A stretch of DNA of 64,000 nucleotides from an uncultured Acidimicrobiia bacterium (GTDB lineage Bacteria > Actinomycetota > Acidimicrobiia > Acidimicrobiales > AC-14), in contig CAWIIV010000012.1 of assembly GCA_963836205.1 (NCBI GenBank), positions 1 through 64,000 on the forward strand. The letters run 5' to 3'. A program made the position numbers and the translations under genes. Each line of letters begins with the position of its first letter. Within the stretch, counting starts at the first letter, position 1. Under the pieces are notes generated by a model that saw only the letters and a program-made list of their open reading frames with translations, searched no databases and was not told the DNA's origin. This document shows, piece by piece, positions 60,595 through 64,000 of this stretch.

Positions 60595-63500
60595 GTGCTC
60601 AGCATCGGCAAGCTCGCCCCGGGCAAGCACCACTACTACCTGCAGTCCATCGCCGACGGGGTCGAGGACTACTACCTCGGCGCCGGCGAGGCGCCCGGTC
60701 GATGGCAGGGCCGCGTGGCCGAGGACCTGGCCCTCACCGGCGACGTCGACGCCCAGACGCTCCAGCTCGTCCTCGGCGGCTACCACCCCGTCACCGGCGA
60801 GAGCCTGTTCCCCGATGCGGCCGGGCCGCCGCCAGCCCACCATGCCCGGCTTCGACGTCACCGTCTCGACGCCGAAGTCGGTCTCCCTGCTCTACGCCTT
60901 CGGCGGCCCCGCGATCCAGGCCGAAGTCGTCGCCGCCCACGAGGCGGCCGCGGCCCAGACCGTCTCCTACCTGGAGGAGAACGCGACCATGACCCGGCGT
61001 GGCCACGCGGGAGCGGAGCGCATCAGCGGCGAGGGTCTGGCGGTGGCCGCGTTCCGCCACCGGACCAGTCGGGCCGGCGACCCCCACCTCCACTCCCACC
61101 TGCTGGTGGCGAACATGACCGAGGGCGTGGACGGCCGCTTCGGCGCGCTGCACGGCACCCTCATCTACCAGCACGCCCGCACCGCCGGCTTCCTCTACGA
61201 GGCGGTCCTGCGTCACCAGCTCACCGAGCGCCTGGGCGTCGAGTGGACCGAGGTCCACAACGGCTGGGCCGAGATCGCGGGCATTCCCCGGGAGTGGATC
61301 GAGACGCACTCGCAGCGCCGCCAGGAGATCGTCGAGGCCATGGCCGACCGGGGCGAGACGAGCGCCCGCAGCGCCCAGTTGGCGACCCTCGACACCCGTC
61401 GACCCAAAGAGCGCTACGACGTCGACGCCCACACCCTCGAGGCCCAGTGGGCCGCCCGTGCCGTCGAAGCCGGCTGGGATCCGGCAGCCGTACTCGACAC
61501 GCTCGGCCGTCACCGGCCCACGGTGCTCGACCGCCGCGACGTGGCCGAGCTCTACCACCACCTGGCCGGCCCCGCAGGGCTGACCGAACAGGCCTCGACC
61601 TTCACCCGCCGTGACGTCCTGCGGGCCATCGCCGAGCGCCACCCCGACGGAGCCCCCCGCCCGCGCATCGAGGCCCTGGCCGACGACTTCCTCGACTCCG
61701 CCGCGGTCGTGCCGATCGTCGACGCCGCCCAGCGCCTCAGCCACCACGATGGGATCCGCCGCGTCGACGGCCGGCTGGTCTCGGCCGATCCCAACGAGGC
61801 TCGCTACTCGACTCCCGAGCTGCTGGCCCTCGAGCAGCGGACCGTCGAGCGCGCCGTTGCCCGCGCCGATGCCGGCGTCGGCGTCGCCCGGGCCGAGGTC
61901 GTCGAGGCCGTCATCTCCGAGCGGGGCCACGCTGGTGCGGCGTTGGGCGAGGACCAGGAGGCGCTCGTCCGCCAGCTGACGACGTCGGGCGCAGGGGTCG
62001 ACGTGGTCGTGGCCAAGGCCGGAACGGGCAAGACCTACACCCTCGACGCCGCCCGCGAGATCTGGGAACGGTGCGGCTTCACCGTCATCGGATGCTCGCT
62101 CGCCGGTGAGGCGGCCGACGGGCTCCAGCGCGACGCCGGCATCCGCAGCTCGACCATCGACCGGCTCCTGTGGGATCTCCAGGTCGGCAAGTACCAGGGC
62201 GGCTTCGCCCGCAACACCGTCGTGGTCACCGACGAGATGGGCATGGTCGGCACCCGCAAGCTGGCCCAGCTCCTCGACTACGCCGAAGGCGCGGGGGCCA
62301 AGGTCGTCGGCGTGGGCGACGACCGTCAGCTCCCCGAGATCGACGCCGGCGGTCTCCTGCGTGGCCTCGGCGACCGCCTGCCGACGCTGCAGCTCCACGA
62401 GAACCGCCGCCAGCGCCACGCCTGGGACCGGAGCGCCCTCGACCAGCTGCGCAGCGGCGATCCCGATCTCTTCGTCGCCGCCTACCGCGACCAGGGCCGC
62501 TTCGTCACCGGTCCCAACGCGGCCCAGGTTCGCGGCCAGATGGTGGCTGACTGGTGGGCCGCGTTCAGAGCCGACGGCCCCGAGGCGCTGATGAGCGCCC
62601 CCCGCCGCGCCGACGTCGACGACCTCAACCGGCGGGCCCGCCAGTGCATGGCCGAGGACGGCCGGCTCGACGGTCCGACACTGTTCGTCGGCCACCGGCC
62701 GTTCCAGCAGGGCGACCTGGTGATGACGCGGGTCAACGACTCCCACGCCGGCGTGCGCAATGGAACGAAGGGCTTCGTCGACGCAGTCGACCTCAACGCC
62801 AACACCCTGGCCATGACCACGATCGACGGCCGCCAGGTCACGCTCGACTCGGCGTACCTCGCCAAAGTCGGCGGCGGCCGGCCCCCGGTGCAGCACGCCT
62901 ACGCCGCCACCATCCACAAGTCCCAAGGCAAGACCGCGGATCGCAACTTCGTCCTCGGCGACGACAGCGTGTTCCGCGAACTGGCCTACTCGGCTGCCAG
63001 CCGCCACCGGGAGACCGCCGTCTTCTACGTCGTCGCCGGCCGGGACTACGGCCTCGACGTCGGCCGCCCCGATGCTCCCCGCGATCCGTTGGCCGAGTTC
63101 GAGCGCTCCATCGCCCGCTCCCGGGCCAAGGCCCTGGCCGTCGACAGCGGCGGCAGTCATGCCGACCTCGTTGGCGCCAGCCTGCGTCAGCTGTACGACC
63201 GAACGGGCCGAGCTCAAGCGCAGCGTCGCCGTGCCGCAAGACATCGCCGCCGCGCCCCACCAGCTGGCCATCCTCGACCGGCGCCGTGACACGGCGTCGG
63301 CCAAGCTGGCCCGCCTCGAGGCGACGGATGCGCCCGCCGCCGCCCTCGACGACGTGCGCCGGGAGCTGGCCGCCCTCGACCGGGCCCGGCCCCCACTCAC
63401 CGCCCGGGCGGCCGAGCTCGACGGCTACGAGGCCGTCATGCGTCCCCGGCTCGAACGCGGCGCCGCAGTCGACGACGCCATCGACCGCCGGCTCGGCCGA

Positions 63501-63821
63501 GTGCTGCGTTCAGTGGAGCAGCGACCGCCTGCCTACATCACCGACGCCCTCGGCCCCCGTCCCGAGCAGTGGCGCGACCTGCGCCTGTGGCGTCAGGGGG
63601 CGGTGGCCATCGAGGGCTATCGCCAGACGTGGGGGGTCAAAGGCGTCGGCGGCGCGGCCCTGCCGCTGGAGCGAGCCCTCGGCGCCGAGCCGGCGTCAGG
63701 CCAACAGCAGGCCCATCGCGTCCGCGCCGGCCACAGTGCCCAGCAAGCCCTCGAAGGCCTCCACCGCAGCCGGGCCATCATCCGCCCCGGGCCCACCCTG
63801 CAGCCGGCGGGACCCCGCTAA
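60595..63821 (+). CDS. mobF: MobF (TrwC/TraA-type) relaxase-helicase; frameshifts near 60825 and 63205
   Basis: MLSIGKL..YY..DYY..GEAPGRW.G, FDVT.STPKSVS, HRTSRAGDPHLHSH, AGTGKT, DE, GDDRQL, YAATIHKSQG. Confidence 0.92.
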
Positions 63822-64000
63822 GCCAGCAGGGCCAGCAGCACCAGCACCAGGACGATGACGGCCGCGGCCGCCACCAGCACCGCCCGGCGGCTGCGCCGCT
63901 GGGCCACGGCTACCTGCTCGGCCTGGCGTTGCTGGGTGACCGCCGCCTCCCGCTCGCGCATCTGTGCCTCCGCCCGGGCCACCAGAGCCGCCGCTGCGGC

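Larger units (their letters stand above)
6448..64000. mobile_element. Large integrative/mobilisable element (possibly composite) integrated at tRNA-Arg; right end outside window
   Basis: Tyrosine integrase next to tRNA 3' end, serine recombinase, excisionase-like HTHs, ssb, parB, MobF relaxase; no housekeeping genes; no attR seen. Confidence 0.65.

Noticed and set aside
60791-63400. Long antisense ORFs (also 2550-4166, 37982-40294, 13844-15121, 17763-18986)
   Set aside because: Shadow frames of real high-GC genes with no motifs of their own.
6448-64000. Prophage or fully self-transmissible ICE
   Set aside because: No capsid, terminase or tail genes, and no VirB4/coupling-protein genes in the window; these could lie beyond 64000.

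Overview
High-GC actinobacterial DNA (Acidimicrobiia-like by gene style; this is an inference), almost entirely accessory. A tRNA cluster (Lys-CTT, His-GTG, Arg-TCT; 6045-6447) anchors two divergent islands. (1) A ~4.8 kb decayed island at tRNA-Lys is bounded by a degenerate copy of the tRNA 3' half at 1286-1330. It carries vapBC, a TPR regulator truncated by an ISL3 remnant, an uncharacterised two-gene pair and an HNH-like/integrase-N fusion. (2) A large integrative, probably mobilisable element starts at tRNA-Arg and runs past the window end. It carries tyrosine and serine recombinases, two intact IS elements, a MobF relaxase, and an ssb/parB/DUF2493 leading-region-like block whose genes are preceded by repeated GTCAAGG...CCTTGAC hairpins. 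Its cargo includes conflict/defence candidates (SOS-box-preceded DprA+PRTase, coupled thermolysin-like protease+MBL hydrolase, TIR protein, DUF4062-TPR-KAP NTPase), tyrosinase+DUF2182 and large secreted proteins. Many genes carry single frameshifts, which may be decay or long-read indel errors. All family calls come from motif recognition by eye, not database searches.
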